Shown: positions 49,219 through 58,744 of the stretch, one piece after another
Layout: every line of letters starts with the position of its first letter
How positions within the stretch are numbered: the stretch's first letter is position 1
Assembly: GCA_050744085.1 (NCBI GenBank)
Contig: JBOGGU010000139.1
Location: 34,809 to 98,808, forward strand
DNA from: Acidimicrobiales bacterium
GTDB taxonomy: Bacteria; Actinomycetota; Acidimicrobiia; Acidimicrobiales; JAJPHD01
Direction of reading: 5' to 3'
DNA length: 64,000 nucleotides
Made by a program: the position numbers and the translations under genes
Notes under the pieces: model-generated
Databases searched by the model: none
Seen by the model: only the letters and a program-made list of their open reading frames with translations
Told to the model about the DNA's origin: nothing

Positions 49219-51711
49219 TCAGCGCAGGGCAAGCTCGGCGCCGTCGACCTCGACTCGCACCGTATCGCCCTCGCTGTAGCGGCCTTCCAGGAGCGCCATC
49301 GCCAGGGCGTCCCCCAGCCGCCGTGCTATCAGGCGGCGCAGGGGTCGGGCCCCGTAGACCGGGTCGTAGCCGGCGGTCGCCAGCCAGGAGCGGGCCTCGG
49401 GGGAGACCTGGAGCGTCAGGCGGCGCTCGGATGCCAGCCGTTTGGCCAGCCCGGCGAGCTGGATGTCCACGATGCGGGCGAGGTCCTGCTCGGTGAGCGC
49501 CCGGAAGCGGATGATCTCGTCCACCCGGTTGATGAACTCGGGCTTGAAGAACGCGGCCGGGTCCCCCGGGAGGTTGGACGTCATTATCAGCACCGCGTTG
49601 GTGAAGTCCACCGTGCGGCCCTGGCCGTCGGTGAGGCGGCCGTCGTCGAGCACCTGGAGCAGGATGTTGAACACGTCAGGGTGGGCTTTCTCGATCTCGT
49701 CCAGCAGGACCACTGCGTAGGGCCGCCGGCGCACCGCCTCGGTGAGCTGGCCGCCCTCGTCGTAGCCGACATACCCGGGCGGGGCCCCGACCAGGCGGGC
49801 GACGCTGTGGCGCTCCTGGTACTCGCCCATGTCGATGCGCACCATCGCCCGCTCGTCGTCGAACAAGAAGTCAGCCAGCGCCCGGGCCAGCTCGGTCTTC
49901 CCAACCCCGGTCGGGCCCAGGAAAAGAAAGGACCCGATGGGTCGGTTGGGGTCGGAGAGCCCTGCCCGGCTGCGGCGGATGGCATTCGCCACGGCGGTCA
50001 CCGCTTCGACCTGCCCCACCACCCTGGCGTGGAGCACGTCCTCCATCCGCACGAGCTTGGCGACCTCGCCCTCCATGAGGCGGCTGGCGGGAACCCCCGT
50101 CCAGCGGGAGACCACCTCGGCGACGTCCTCGGCGTCCACCTCTTCCTTGAGCATGCGCTCGTGGGACTGGAGCGCCGCCAGGGCCTGGGTGGCTTCGTGC
50201 ACCCTCTGCTCCAGCTCGGGGAGCCGGCCGTAGCGGATCTCGGCGGCTCGGGCCAGCTCGCCGTCGCGCTCGAAGCGCTCGGCGTCGGTGCGAGCGGCCT
50301 CGAGCTCGCCCTTGGCGCTGCGGATGGCGGCGATTGCATCCTTCTCCGACTGCCAGTGGGCGGTCATCCCGTCCACCTGCTCTCGCAGGTTCGCCAGCTC
50401 CTCGTCGAGGCGCGCCAGGCGCTCGGCCGAAGGCGCATCGGTCTCCTTGGCCAGCGAGAGCCGCTCCACCTCCAGCTGGCGCATGCGCCGGGAGACCACG
50501 TCTATCTCGATGGGCATAGAGTCGATCTCGATGCGCAGGCGGCTGGCTGCCTCGTCCACCAGGTCGATGGCCTTGTCGGGCAGGAACCGCCCGGTGACGT
50601 AGCGATCGGACAGGACGGCTGCGGCCACCAGGGCGGCATCCTGGATGCGGACCCCGTGGTGCACCTCGTAGCGTTCTTTGAGGCCCCGCAGGATCGCGAT
50701 GGTGTCGTCCACGCTGGGCTGGCCCACGTACACTGGGCTGAAGCGGCGCTCCAGGGCGGCGTCGGACTCGATGTGCTTGCGGTACTCGTCGAGGGTCGTC
50801 GCTCCGATGAGCCTGAGTTCGCCCCTTGCGAGCATCGGCTTGAGCATGTTGCCGGCGTCCATGGCACCTTCGGCAGCCCCTGCACCGACCATGGTGTGCA
50901 GCTCGTCGATGAAGGTGATCACCTCTCCCTGGGCGTCGGTGACCTCCTTCAGGACCGCCTTTAGGCGCTCCTCGAACTCGCCCCGGTACTTGGCGCCGGC
51001 GACCATCGAGGACAAATCCAGCGCCACCACCCGCTTGTTGGTGAGCGAGGTGGGGACGTCGCCCTCCACGATGCGGCGGGCCAGGCCCTCCACGATGGCG
51101 GTCTTGCCGACGCCGGGCTCGCCGATGAGGACGGGGTTGTTCTTGGTGCGCCGCGACAGGACCTGGATCACCCGGCGGATCTCGTCGTCGCGCCCGATCA
51201 CCGGGTCGAGCTTGCCGGCTCTGGCCGCATCGGTGAGGTCCCGGCCGTAGCGCTCCAGCGCCTGGTACTGCGACTCCGGATCCTCGCTGGTGACCCGGTG
51301 GCTGCCCCGAACCTCCCGCAGCGCTGCGAGCAGCTTGTCCCGTGCGACTCCCAGGGTGGGGGCCAGGGCGAGCAGCACGTGCTCCACCGACACGTACTCG
51401 TCGCCCATCTCGACCCGGGCCTTGTCGGCGGACTCCAGTTCGTTGCGCAGCTCCCTCGACGGGCCGGGGGCGGCGCCGCCGTAGGCCCGGGGGGCGCTGG
51501 CGAGGCGCTCGCTCAGGCTTGCCCGCAATTGCGCTGGGGCCACCCCCGCACGGGTCAGCACCGGGATGGCCACCCCATCGGCCTGGCCGATCATCGCCAG
51601 CACCAGGTCGTCCGGGGTCACCTCGGCGTGGCTGGCTCCGGTGGCGGCCTGGGTGGCAGCGCTGAACGCCTCGGTCAGGCGGCGGGTCCAGCGGTTTGGG
51701 TCGAGAGCCAT
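49219..51711 (-). CDS. clpB: Disaggregase chaperone ClpB
   Basis: ATG 51711 is preceded by acaaggagctgct. There are two AAA+ modules (GEPGVGKT and GPTGVGKT) and a long middle coiled-coil domain. Confidence 0.95.
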   Translation of the reverse strand: MALDPNRWTRRLTEAFSAATQAATGASHAEVTPDDLVLAMIGQADGVAIPVLTRAGVAPAQLRASLSERLASAPRAYGGAAPGPSRELRNELESADKARVEMGDEYVSVEHVLLALAPTLGVARDKLLAALREVRGSHRVTSEDPESQYQALERYGRDLTDAARAGKLDPVIGRDDEIRRVIQVLSRRTKNNPVLIGEPGVGKTAIVEGLARRIVEGDVPTSLTNKRVVALDLSSMVAGAKYRGEFEERLKAVLKEVTDAQGEVITFIDELHTMVGAGAAEGAMDAGNMLKPMLARGELRLIGATTLDEYRKHIESDAALERRFSPVYVGQPSVDDTIAILRGLKERYEVHHGVRIQDAALVAAAVLSDRYVTGRFLPDKAIDLVDEAASRLRIEIDSMPIEIDVVSRRMRQLEVERLSLAKETDAPSAERLARLDEELANLREQVDGMTAHWQSEKDAIAAIRSAKGELEAARTDAERFERDGELARAAEIRYGRLPELEQRVHEATQALAALQSHERMLKEEVDAEDVAEVVSRWTGVPASRLMEGEVAKLVRMEDVLHARVVGQVEAVTAVANAIRRSRAGLSDPNRPIGSFLFLGPTGVGKTELARALADFLFDDERAMVRIDMGEYQERHSVARLVGAPPGYVGYDEGGQLTEAVRRRPYAVVLLDEIEKAHPDVFNILLQVLDDGRLTDGQGRTVDFTNAVLIMTSNLPGDPAAFFKPEFINRVDEIIRFRALTEQDLARIVDIQLAGLAKRLASERRLTLQVSPEARSWLATAGYDPVYGARPLRRLIARRLGDALAMALLEGRYSEGDTVRVEVDGAELALR

Positions 51712-51739
51712 AGCAGCTCCTTGTCGATCAGACAGGAAA

Positions 51740-51760
51740 CTTGATTGTGAGTCTATCAGG
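51740..51760. promoter_or_regulatory. HAIR-like inverted repeat (candidate HspR operator) upstream of clpB
   Basis: CTTGATT-N7-TATCAGG compared with the consensus CTTGAGT-N7-ACTCAAG gives 10/14 by my count. It lies 29-49 nt upstream of the clpB ATG, and hspR is present in the window. Confidence 0.35.
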
Positions 51761-51793
51761 TTCTGTGCCACTGAGGACCCGCCCGCCCCACGG

Positions 51794-52192
51794 TTAGTCG
51801 GTGAGCACCTCGACCCGGCACCTGAGCCCAGGGGACCGGGCCAGGTGAGCGTCCGCAGTGATCAGGGATCCATCGAGGGCTTCAGCAAGGGCCACGTAGA
51901 CAGCGTCGTAGGTCGTAAGGTTGTCCCTGAGGGCCCAGGCTCGCCGGAGCAGCGGGGCGTGATCCCAACGCAGCGCGGCCAACTGGGCGAGGTCGTCCAG
52001 GGCTGTCGCCGCCCGTGCGACGCCGGTCTGGCCCAGCCGGACCCTCCGGCGCAGGGCCGAGGCGACCTCGACATCGAGCAGGTGGGGGGCGTGAAGGTCG
52101 GGATCGGCGCGCAGCCTCTCCCGTGCCCGGGCTCCAGCCCCCGAGGTGCTGAGCAGCGCCGCCAGCGCCACCGAAGCGTCGGCGACGATCAA
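51794..52192 (-). CDS. vapC: VapC-type PIN-domain toxin
   Basis: MIVADASV ... and acidic PIN residues. 132 aa. 4-nt overlap with the upstream antitoxin gene. Confidence 0.8.
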   Translation of the reverse strand: MIVADASVALAALLSTSGAGARARERLRADPDLHAPHLLDVEVASALRRRVRLGQTGVARAATALDDLAQLAALRWDHAPLLRRAWALRDNLTTYDAVYVALAEALDGSLITADAHLARSPGLRCRVEVLTD

Positions 52193-52434
52193 CCCGGGCC
52201 CTCGGAATGAGGTCGCTCGGCGACCACCGACTCACGGGCATCCGCGAAGCTCATGGTGTCACCTGGGTTCCGGGCAACCCGTTCGAGCAGCTCGCCCAGG
52301 GTGGGCCGGAAGGCGAGTCGGATGAGCTCCTGGCGTGCGAAGTCCGACAGGCTCATGCCGCCGAGGGCTGCCCGGCGACGCAGCTCGGCATGTATGTCGT
52401 CGGGCACGTCGCGGACTTGGAGCATCTTGGTCAT
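52189..52434 (-). CDS. vapB: VapB/FitA-like RHH antitoxin
   Basis: MLQVRDVPDDIHAELRRRAALGGMSLSDFARQELIR is the typical FitA/Arc-type antitoxin N-terminus. Confidence 0.7.
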   Translation of the reverse strand: MTKMLQVRDVPDDIHAELRRRAALGGMSLSDFARQELIRLAFRPTLGELLERVARNPGDTMSFADARESVVAERPHSEGPG

Positions 52435-52587
52435 GCCTGACATGCTACCAGCATGGCAAGACATGTGTAGCGCATGGCCGGAGACTGCGCGAGTGCCCGA
52501 TCAGGCAGCTCGAGGTTACCGAAAGCCTGGCGTGTTCGGCCCGAAGCGACTCGAAGCTGGCGTCGCGCTGAGGCCACGCTGTCGGAG

Positions 52588-52641
52588 GCCGCCACCGAGC
52601 CCGCCGCCACCGAGCCCGCCGCCACCGAGCCCGCCGCCCAC
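52588..52641. repeat. 15-nt tandem repeat x3.5 (gccgccaccgagccc) in an unassigned region
   Basis: Read directly. It lies in the 52465-53076 gap, which has no convincing CDS. Confidence 0.85.
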
Positions 52642-53076
52642 TCGGGCGAGACAGCTGCCGAGGTTGACGTCCCACCAGGGCGATGGCGAGGACGGCGACG
52701 CCAGCGGGTCGGTGCCGGGGAGGGGGGCCTTCGGTCCCGCGTGCGGCGCCAAGGGACCCCGGTTGGCGGCTTGTCGAGGCGCGTGAGTGCCCCTGGCCTG
52801 GTTCATGGTCCTTTCCCCCCTGCGTAGCTTCAGCGATTGAGCAAGCTAGCCCATCCGCGCGGGCAGCTCTGCGCGCCCCAGCTCTGGAGGCTGGCGATTG
52901 GCCGTGGTGGCAGGCCAGCGGTCAGTCGATCCTCGCCGAGATCATTGCTTGTCGCACCGGGCACGCGGCCCCGGCGCTGCGCGACGCTGAGGGCCCGATT
53001 CGATTCACCGAGCTTCGGTGATTGCCTGATCCCGCTCGGCGCACATCTCGGACCTCCAGCTGGCTGCACAGTGAGG

Positions 53077-53673
53077 TCATTTGTCGACGACGCCCGGACC
53101 TACGAGCGCAGCCCAATCATCTGGCGTGTCGGCGTCTACCAGCACGTCAGGTTCGGCCGCCGCCCATCCTGTCACGTCCACATAGGCAATGTCGGTAACC
53201 GCCTCAAGGAGGACGCTCATGGCTCGCTGTCCCGAGGCGACCAACATCTGCGCAGTTGCCAGGTCGCCAGGAGAGTAACGGGCACATAGCGGCTGTGGGC
53301 GACCACCGGCATCGAGGGGGACGACAGATCCGGGAGCCGGATGAGCGGCCAGGTGGGCCAGGAACTCAACCGATAGGCAAGGCAGGTCGGTGGCGACGAC
53401 GATCACCGGCCCGGTCCATCCCTGACCACCCAACCATGCCAATCCGGTTGCTATGGCTGCCAAGGGCCCGGCTGCGGGCAGCGCGTCCATAACGAAAGGG
53501 GCGCCTGAGTGTCCGGGACCGACTTCCACCACCGGCTCGGCGATCGTTGCCACAAGCGCGGCGGTCCGGGCCGCCAGAGTTGTCCACCCAATGGGCAGTG
53601 TTGCCTTGCATCGGCCCATCCGGCGACTGGCTCCACCGGTGAGCACCATCGCGGCCACATCCATGTTGACCAT
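53077..53673 (-). CDS. mobA: Molybdenum cofactor guanylyltransferase MobA
   Basis: MVLTGGASRRMGRCKA (the LAGG..RMG..K motif). It sits directly downstream of the molybdoenzyme gene. Confidence 0.75.
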   Translation of the reverse strand: MVNMDVAAMVLTGGASRRMGRCKATLPIGWTTLAARTAALVATIAEPVVEVGPGHSGAPFVMDALPAAGPLAAIATGLAWLGGQGWTGPVIVVATDLPCLSVEFLAHLAAHPAPGSVVPLDAGGRPQPLCARYSPGDLATAQMLVASGQRAMSVLLEAVTDIAYVDVTGWAAAEPDVLVDADTPDDWAALVGPGVVDK

Positions 53674-53685
53674 TGTGACGCGGGT

Positions 53686-56172
53686 CTAGCTCGCAGGGGA
53701 CAACCTCACTGCACAGACTTTGAACTCGGGCATTCGGCTGTCCGGATCGAGGGCTGAAATGGTGAGTATGTTGGCTGCCTTGCGACCGCCCCAGTGGAAC
53801 GGCGCGAAGACCGTATCGGGTCGTATGTCGCGGGTTACGTCGACCTTGAAGCGGACTGAGCCACGCCGGCTGTGTGCGATCACCTCCGCGCCGTCCACTA
53901 CGCCTATCGTGCTGGCCAGCTCGGGGTGCATCTGGAGGCACGGTTCTGGCTGGAGCCGGCCCAGGCGGTCCACCGCACGGGTCTGTGTCCCGGAATTGTA
54001 GTGCTCCTGGTAGCGGCCGGTGGTGAAGTACAACGGGTATGAGGCGTCGGGCTCCTCAGCCGAAGCCCGGTAACTCACAGGAACAAACCGGGCCATGCCG
54101 TCGGGGTGGGCGAATCGTTCACCGAACAGCCGCGGAGTGCCTGGATGATCGAGGCCGGGGCAGGGCCAGAAGATACCCTTGGAGGCATCGATTCGTTCGT
54201 AGGTGATTCCGGAGTAATCGGCCCTGGCCCCGGCGCTGGCGCGGCGAAGCTCGCCAAATACCGCCTCGGGTCCTTCGAAGCGGAACTGGGAGCCGTGGCC
54301 CAACCGCTCAGCCAGAGCGCAGAGCACCTCGATGTCGCTACGCACGCCCTTTGGCGGGTCAGTCGCCCGCCGGCGACGTACGACCCTGCCCTCGAGGTTG
54401 GTCATGGTGCCGTCCTCCTCGGCCCACTGGGTCACCGGCAGGACTATGTCGGCCAGAGCGGTGGTATGGCTCGGGAAGGGGTCGAGCACGGCTAGACAGT
54501 CCAGCTCTGCCAACTGTTCGCTGACCCGACCAGAGTCAGGAGATGCGACGGCCAGGTTGGAGCCGACTACCAAGAGTGCCCGCAAACCATGCTCCGTGCC
54601 GATACTGTCGAGCATTTCCACGGCACTGCTCCCCGCACCAGGCAAGGAGTCCGGATCGATCCCCCACACGGCGGCGATCTTTGCCCGATCTGCGCCTTCG
54701 GTGATCGAGCGATAGCCGGGCAGCTGGTCGGCCTTCTGGCCGTGCTCGCGGCCGCCCTGGCCGTTTCCCTGGCCGGTGATGCATCCGTAGCCGCTCGCAG
54801 GACGACCCGCTTTACCCAGCGCAAGCATGAGATTGATCAGGGCGGCCACGCTGTCGGTGCCCTTCGACTGCTGCTCAGGCCCCCTCCCGGTGAGGAGCAT
54901 CGACGCCGGAGCTCCGGCAATCGCCTCGAGCGACGCCCGGAGGAGGGATTCGGGCACCCCTGTGACGCGCTCCACCCTCGCCGGGAACCAGCCCTGCACC
55001 GATTGGCGGGTCTGCTCCCAGCCCACGGTGCGGGCCTCGATGTATTCGAGGTCGAGCATCTCTCGGGCGACCGCCAGCTGCAAAAGGCCCATCGCCAGCG
55101 CCAGGTCGGTCCCGGGAATGGGTTGGAGGTGGAGTTTGGCCAGGCTGGCGGTCTTGGTGTGGCGAGGGTCGACGACGATGAGCTGGCCCCCTCTGGCTCG
55201 CTGCTCCTCGAACCAGCCCATGAGGGGGGGCATCGTGTCGGCCGGGTTGGCGCCCCACAGCGTGACGACGTCGGCTTGGGCGATGTCCGACACCGGGAAC
55301 GGCATGCCCCGGTCCACCCCGAATGCCCGGTTCTGGGCGGTGGCCGCCGAGGACATGCAGTAGCGACCGTTGTAGTCGATGTTCGATGTGCCGAGCGCTA
55401 CCCGGGCAAACTTGCCCAACAGGTACGCCTTCTCGTTGGTGAGGGCACCACTGCCGAAGACCCCGACCGCGTGGCTGCCGAAGCGTGCTTGAACTCGCGA
55501 GATCCGGGCAGCCAACTCGTCGAGCGCGTCGTCCCAGCTGGTCTCGTGCATCCGCCCGTCCCTGAGCCGCACTGTGGGCCTGAGTAGGCGGTCGGCGCGC
55601 TTGAGCAGCTCGGGCGAGGTCCAGCCCTTGATGCACATGCCGCCCCGGTTGACCGGGAAGCTCGGGTCCGACACGACTTCGACGGACCCGATCCCCACCG
55701 TGGTCCCCTCGACCGCCGGGGCAGTGCTGGTGTCGACCCGTAGGTGCATCCCGCACTGGAGAGCGCAGTACGGACAATGGGTGGCGGTCGTCGCCAGGCC
55801 TGCCGGCGGCGACGCCGCCCTGCTTACGGCGAGGACCTCCACAGATCCCCCCCAGACCCGGACCGGCCACACCCTCACCCCCGGTGACACTCCGTCGAGG
55901 CACGCTCCGCTGGTGAGGTCGAAGCGGTGCTTGTAGATCGGGGACGCCACGTATGCAACGTCAGCCTGGGAGCCGAGCAAGCCTCTGGCCAGCACGTTGA
56001 CACCCGAGACCGGGTCGCGGTTGTCCACGGCGCGAAGCTGGGGCGCCCGGCCCTCGGCACCGTCGGCAACCAGGAAGACCGCTACCTGCTCGTCACCGAC
56101 CAGGGCCGCAACACCGCGCCCTACGTCGAGCTCTGCCAGCGAGCAGATGCGCACCCATCTCCGGGCGCTCAC
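53686..56172 (-). CDS. Fusion protein: NirD-like Rieske-fold small subunit (N-terminal ~115 aa) plus assimilatory nitrate reductase catalytic subunit (molybdopterin oxidoreductase, NasA/NasC-like)
   Basis: The N-terminus WVRICSLAELDVGRGVAALVGDEQVAVF ... SPIYKHRFDLTSGACLD is NirD-like. It is followed by the HCPYCALQCG 4Fe-4S motif and a full MopB-type body in one uninterrupted ORF. GTGA overlap with the nirB stop. Confidence 0.85.
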   Translation of the reverse strand: MSARRWVRICSLAELDVGRGVAALVGDEQVAVFLVADGAEGRAPQLRAVDNRDPVSGVNVLARGLLGSQADVAYVASPIYKHRFDLTSGACLDGVSPGVRVWPVRVWGGSVEVLAVSRAASPPAGLATTATHCPYCALQCGMHLRVDTSTAPAVEGTTVGIGSVEVVSDPSFPVNRGGMCIKGWTSPELLKRADRLLRPTVRLRDGRMHETSWDDALDELAARISRVQARFGSHAVGVFGSGALTNEKAYLLGKFARVALGTSNIDYNGRYCMSSAATAQNRAFGVDRGMPFPVSDIAQADVVTLWGANPADTMPPLMGWFEEQRARGGQLIVVDPRHTKTASLAKLHLQPIPGTDLALAMGLLQLAVAREMLDLEYIEARTVGWEQTRQSVQGWFPARVERVTGVPESLLRASLEAIAGAPASMLLTGRGPEQQSKGTDSVAALINLMLALGKAGRPASGYGCITGQGNGQGGREHGQKADQLPGYRSITEGADRAKIAAVWGIDPDSLPGAGSSAVEMLDSIGTEHGLRALLVVGSNLAVASPDSGRVSEQLAELDCLAVLDPFPSHTTALADIVLPVTQWAEEDGTMTNLEGRVVRRRRATDPPKGVRSDIEVLCALAERLGHGSQFRFEGPEAVFGELRRASAGARADYSGITYERIDASKGIFWPCPGLDHPGTPRLFGERFAHPDGMARFVPVSYRASAEEPDASYPLYFTTGRYQEHYNSGTQTRAVDRLGRLQPEPCLQMHPELASTIGVVDGAEVIAHSRRGSVRFKVDVTRDIRPDTVFAPFHWGGRKAANILTISALDPDSRMPEFKVCAVRLSPAS

Positions 56173-58742
56173 TGGCGCTCGGTGAGGATGCCGACTCGCT
56201 CGGACTCCCTTGCGGGGCGGGGCTGGGAGCGCTCCTGGACCATGACGATGTCCGGGTCGCGGGCCTCGGAGTTCACAAAGGAACGGAATCGTCGCAGCCT
56301 CACCGGGTCACCGAGCGTCTCGGCCCACTCGCAGCGGTAGCCGGCCACGGCACGGGCCATGTAGGCCTCGAGCTCGGCGGCCAGGCCGAGGCAGTCGTCG
56401 ATGATGACGCTTCGCAAGTAGTCGATGCCCCCGTCCAGGCTCTCTATCCACGACGCGGTCCGCTGCAAGCGATCCGCACTTCGAATGTACAGCATCAAGA
56501 ACCGATCGATGGTGGCTATCAGGGCCTGGGTGTCGACGTCGGATACGAAGAGGTCGGCGTGGCGGGGCCGGGTCCCGCCATTGCCACCTACGTAGAGGTT
56601 CCAGCCCCGCTCGGTGGCAATCACGCCTACGTCCTTGCTCTGGGCCTCGGCGCACTCCCGCGCGCAGCCCGAAACGGCCATCTTGAGCTTGTGGGGAGAA
56701 CGCAGGCCCCGGTAGCGGGTCTCGAGGTCGATGGCCAACAGGGTCGAGTCCTGCACGCCGAAGCGACACCAGTTGGTGCCGACGCATGACTTGACCGTGC
56801 GGACGGCCTTGCCGTAGGCATGGCCTGATTCGAAGCCGGCGTCTATGAGGCGAGCCCAGACGGCTGGGAGTTGCTCGACGCGCGCCCCCAGGAGGTCGAT
56901 GCGCTGGCCGCCGGTGATCTTGAGGTACAGGCTGAAGTCCCTGGCGACCTGGCCCAGCACGATCAGCTTCGCGGGTGTGATCTCGCCGCCGGGGACCCGC
57001 GGGACGACGGAGTACGTACCATCCCGCTGCAAGTTGGCGAGAAAGTGGTCGTTGGTGTCTTGGAGACCGGCTCCCTCTCCATCCAGCACATGAGCCGCCC
57101 GCTGGGAAGCCAATATGGAGGCGATCGCCGGCTTGCATACCTCACATCCCAGCCCGCGCCCATGACGCTGGAGCAGCTCGGTGAACGTGGTGATGCCCTG
57201 AACCCGGACGATCTCGTAAAGATCCTGGCGGGAAAGGGCGAAGTGCTCGCAAAGGCTTTTCGCGGCCTCGATCCCCCGGGCGGCCAGATCGACACGGACC
57301 AGCTCGGTGAGCTGGGGGACACATCCCCCACAGCCGGTCCCAGCGCGAGTGGCAGCCTTGACCCCGGCCACGTCCGCGGCGCCGCTGGCGGCGACGCGGG
57401 ATTCGATGGCCTCGATAATGGCGGCCTTGGTCACATTCTCGCACGAGCAGATAGTGGCGCAGCCGGCGAGTGCGGCCACGCCGGTGGGTCCGCCGACTCC
57501 GGGCTCGGCAAATCCCGGGGCCATCAGCAGCACCGCCGGAGCCTTGGGGGTGGGGAGGGTACCCGCGGCCATGCTCACCAGGGCATCGAAGCCCGAGCCA
57601 TCTCCGACGAGGACCCCACCGCTGATCTGGCCAGCGCTGTCCAGGACCAGTCTCTTGTGGATCAGTGCCACGTTGTCTGTGAGCACGATGACCTGCGCCC
57701 CCGGCGCCCGGGCGTGGGCGTCACCAAAGCTGGCCACGTCGACTCCGAGGAGCTTGAGCTTGGTGGCGGTGGAGCCACCGGCGAAGCTGGCCTCGGCCCC
57801 GCACAGCGTGTCAGCGACCACCCTTGCCATCTGGTAGCCCGGCGATACCAGGCCGTGGATCCGCCCGTCGGCGAGGGCGCACTCGCCGATGGCGAAGATG
57901 GCGGGATCGCTCGTGCGGCAGGCGGCGTCGACCACGATCCCGCCCTTCTCGCCCAGGTGGAGAGCGGCCTTGCGAGCAAGGTCATCCCGGGGCCGGATAC
58001 CAGCAGCGAACACCACCATCTCGGTGCCGAGACGCTCCACCTCCCCCGGCTCCCCGGGGCTCTTGAGCATCACCGCATCCACCAGACCGTCTTGACCGGA
58101 ACAGATCGCACTCAGCGCGGTCGAGGTGTGCACAGCTATCCCCATCGACTCGATGCGCTGACGCAGGAGCTCTCCGCCACCCTGGTCGACCTGGGTCGGC
58201 ATCAGGTAGGGCGCAAACTCCACAACCTCGGTCGCCAGACCGCACGAATAGAGCGCGCCGGCGGCCTCCAGTCCGAGGAGCCCACCACCTACCACTACGC
58301 CATGGTGCCTGCCTGACGCCCAGGCCCGGATGGCGTCCACGTCGTCAAGGGTCCTGTAGACGAAGCAGCCCGCCAGGTCGGCGCCCGGCACGGGGGGGAC
58401 GAAGGGGAAAGAGCCGGTCGCCAGGATGGCGACATCGTAGGGGTACTGCCCGCCGCTGGCGGTGTGGACCACCTGCTCGACCCGGTCGAGGTCGCTGACC
58501 TGTTCGTGACGCAGCACGGTCACCGCCCGGTCGGTCTGGGCCTCGAAGCCACCCAGAGCCAGATCTGGGGGGCTTGCACCCTGGAACAGCATGGATAGGT
58601 GGACCCGGTCGTAGCCGGGGTGAGCCTCCTCGCCGATGATCAGGATATCGCATGTCCTGGCGGCTCCCCGGGCTACCAAGGCATCGACGACCTTGTGACC
58701 CACCATGCCGTGGCCCACGACGACGATTCGACGCCTTGCCAC
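56169..58742 (-). CDS. nirB: NAD(P)H nitrite reductase large subunit NirB
   Basis: GTG 58742 lies 2 nt after the narK stop. IVVVGHGMVGH FAD fold, BFD-like CGGC, and a sulfite/nitrite reductase siroheme region (SGCARECAEAQ). 857 aa. Confidence 0.9.
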   Translation of the reverse strand: MARRRIVVVGHGMVGHKVVDALVARGAARTCDILIIGEEAHPGYDRVHLSMLFQGASPPDLALGGFEAQTDRAVTVLRHEQVSDLDRVEQVVHTASGGQYPYDVAILATGSFPFVPPVPGADLAGCFVYRTLDDVDAIRAWASGRHHGVVVGGGLLGLEAAGALYSCGLATEVVEFAPYLMPTQVDQGGGELLRQRIESMGIAVHTSTALSAICSGQDGLVDAVMLKSPGEPGEVERLGTEMVVFAAGIRPRDDLARKAALHLGEKGGIVVDAACRTSDPAIFAIGECALADGRIHGLVSPGYQMARVVADTLCGAEASFAGGSTATKLKLLGVDVASFGDAHARAPGAQVIVLTDNVALIHKRLVLDSAGQISGGVLVGDGSGFDALVSMAAGTLPTPKAPAVLLMAPGFAEPGVGGPTGVAALAGCATICSCENVTKAAIIEAIESRVAASGAADVAGVKAATRAGTGCGGCVPQLTELVRVDLAARGIEAAKSLCEHFALSRQDLYEIVRVQGITTFTELLQRHGRGLGCEVCKPAIASILASQRAAHVLDGEGAGLQDTNDHFLANLQRDGTYSVVPRVPGGEITPAKLIVLGQVARDFSLYLKITGGQRIDLLGARVEQLPAVWARLIDAGFESGHAYGKAVRTVKSCVGTNWCRFGVQDSTLLAIDLETRYRGLRSPHKLKMAVSGCARECAEAQSKDVGVIATERGWNLYVGGNGGTRPRHADLFVSDVDTQALIATIDRFLMLYIRSADRLQRTASWIESLDGGIDYLRSVIIDDCLGLAAELEAYMARAVAGYRCEWAETLGDPVRLRRFRSFVNSEARDPDIVMVQERSQPRPARESERVGILTERQ

Positions 58743-58744
58743 GC

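Noticed and set aside
49168-50964. 598-aa plus-strand ORF opposite clpB
   Set aside because: It is antisense to clpB, which carries both AAA+ Walker motifs. It has no motifs of its own.
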